15,903 bases of DNA, taken from positions 1 to 15,903 of the forward strand of contig JAYUUO010000065.1 in NCBI GenBank assembly GCA_043754515.1, in the 5' to 3' direction. This document shows positions 15,859 through 15,903 of this stretch, piece by piece; the stretch's first letter is position 1, and each line of letters begins with the position of its first letter. Below the pieces are notes generated by a model. It saw nothing but the letters and a program-made list of their open reading frames with translations. It searched no databases and was not told the origin of the DNA. Source of the stretch: Armatimonadota bacterium (lineage in GTDB: Bacteria > Armatimonadota > Armatimonadia > Armatimonadales > Armatimonadaceae). The position numbers were made by a program, and so were the translations under genes.

Positions 15859-15903
15859 ATCTTGCACGAACGGGAAAAGGGTCGCTCCCCGCGGGTATGG
15901 GCG

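Noticed and set aside
428..15867. Numerous alternative-frame and antisense ORFs in the track (e.g. 432-959, 3017-3562, 7344-7997, 11197-11835, 13363-13986)
   Set aside because: Arg/Pro/Ala-rich shadow ORFs typical of high-GC DNA, overlapping well-supported genes and lacking recognisable motifs.
15880..15903. GGTCGCTCCCCGCGGGT... resembles the start of type I-C/I-E CRISPR repeats
   Set aside because: Single partial copy cut by the window edge, diverging after ~13 nt; no second repeat and no cas genes in view.

Overview
GC-rich bacterial chromosomal segment, densely coding; the organism cannot be identified from the window. From left to right: (-) a SUKH/SMI1-KNR4 ORF followed by a class I SAM methyltransferase ORF that runs off the left edge, and the two look like one gene split by a 1-nt frameshift. 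(+) A dTDP-sugar operon, rfbA-rfbC-Zn ribbon-Nudix-rfbB, with no rfbD; its rfbB is interrupted by a 377-aa LAGLIDADG intein inserted immediately before the catalytic Thr of the STDEVYG motif. (-) An L-Ala-D/L-Glu epimerase. (+) purS-purQ-Crp-family regulator-tmk. (+) A five-gene Ser/Thr phosphosignalling operon: FhaA-like protein with tandem FHA domains, a 40-aa membrane peptide missing from the ORF track, a membrane PP2C phosphatase with a beta-propeller-like C-terminus, a multi-TM Hanks kinase without PASTA domains, and a membrane-anchored HEAT-repeat protein. Several near-consensus sigma70 promoters sit only 8-15 nt upstream of start codons, with no Shine-Dalgarno sequence. The most notable items are the RmlB intein and the remodelled FHA/PP2C/kinase/HEAT module.
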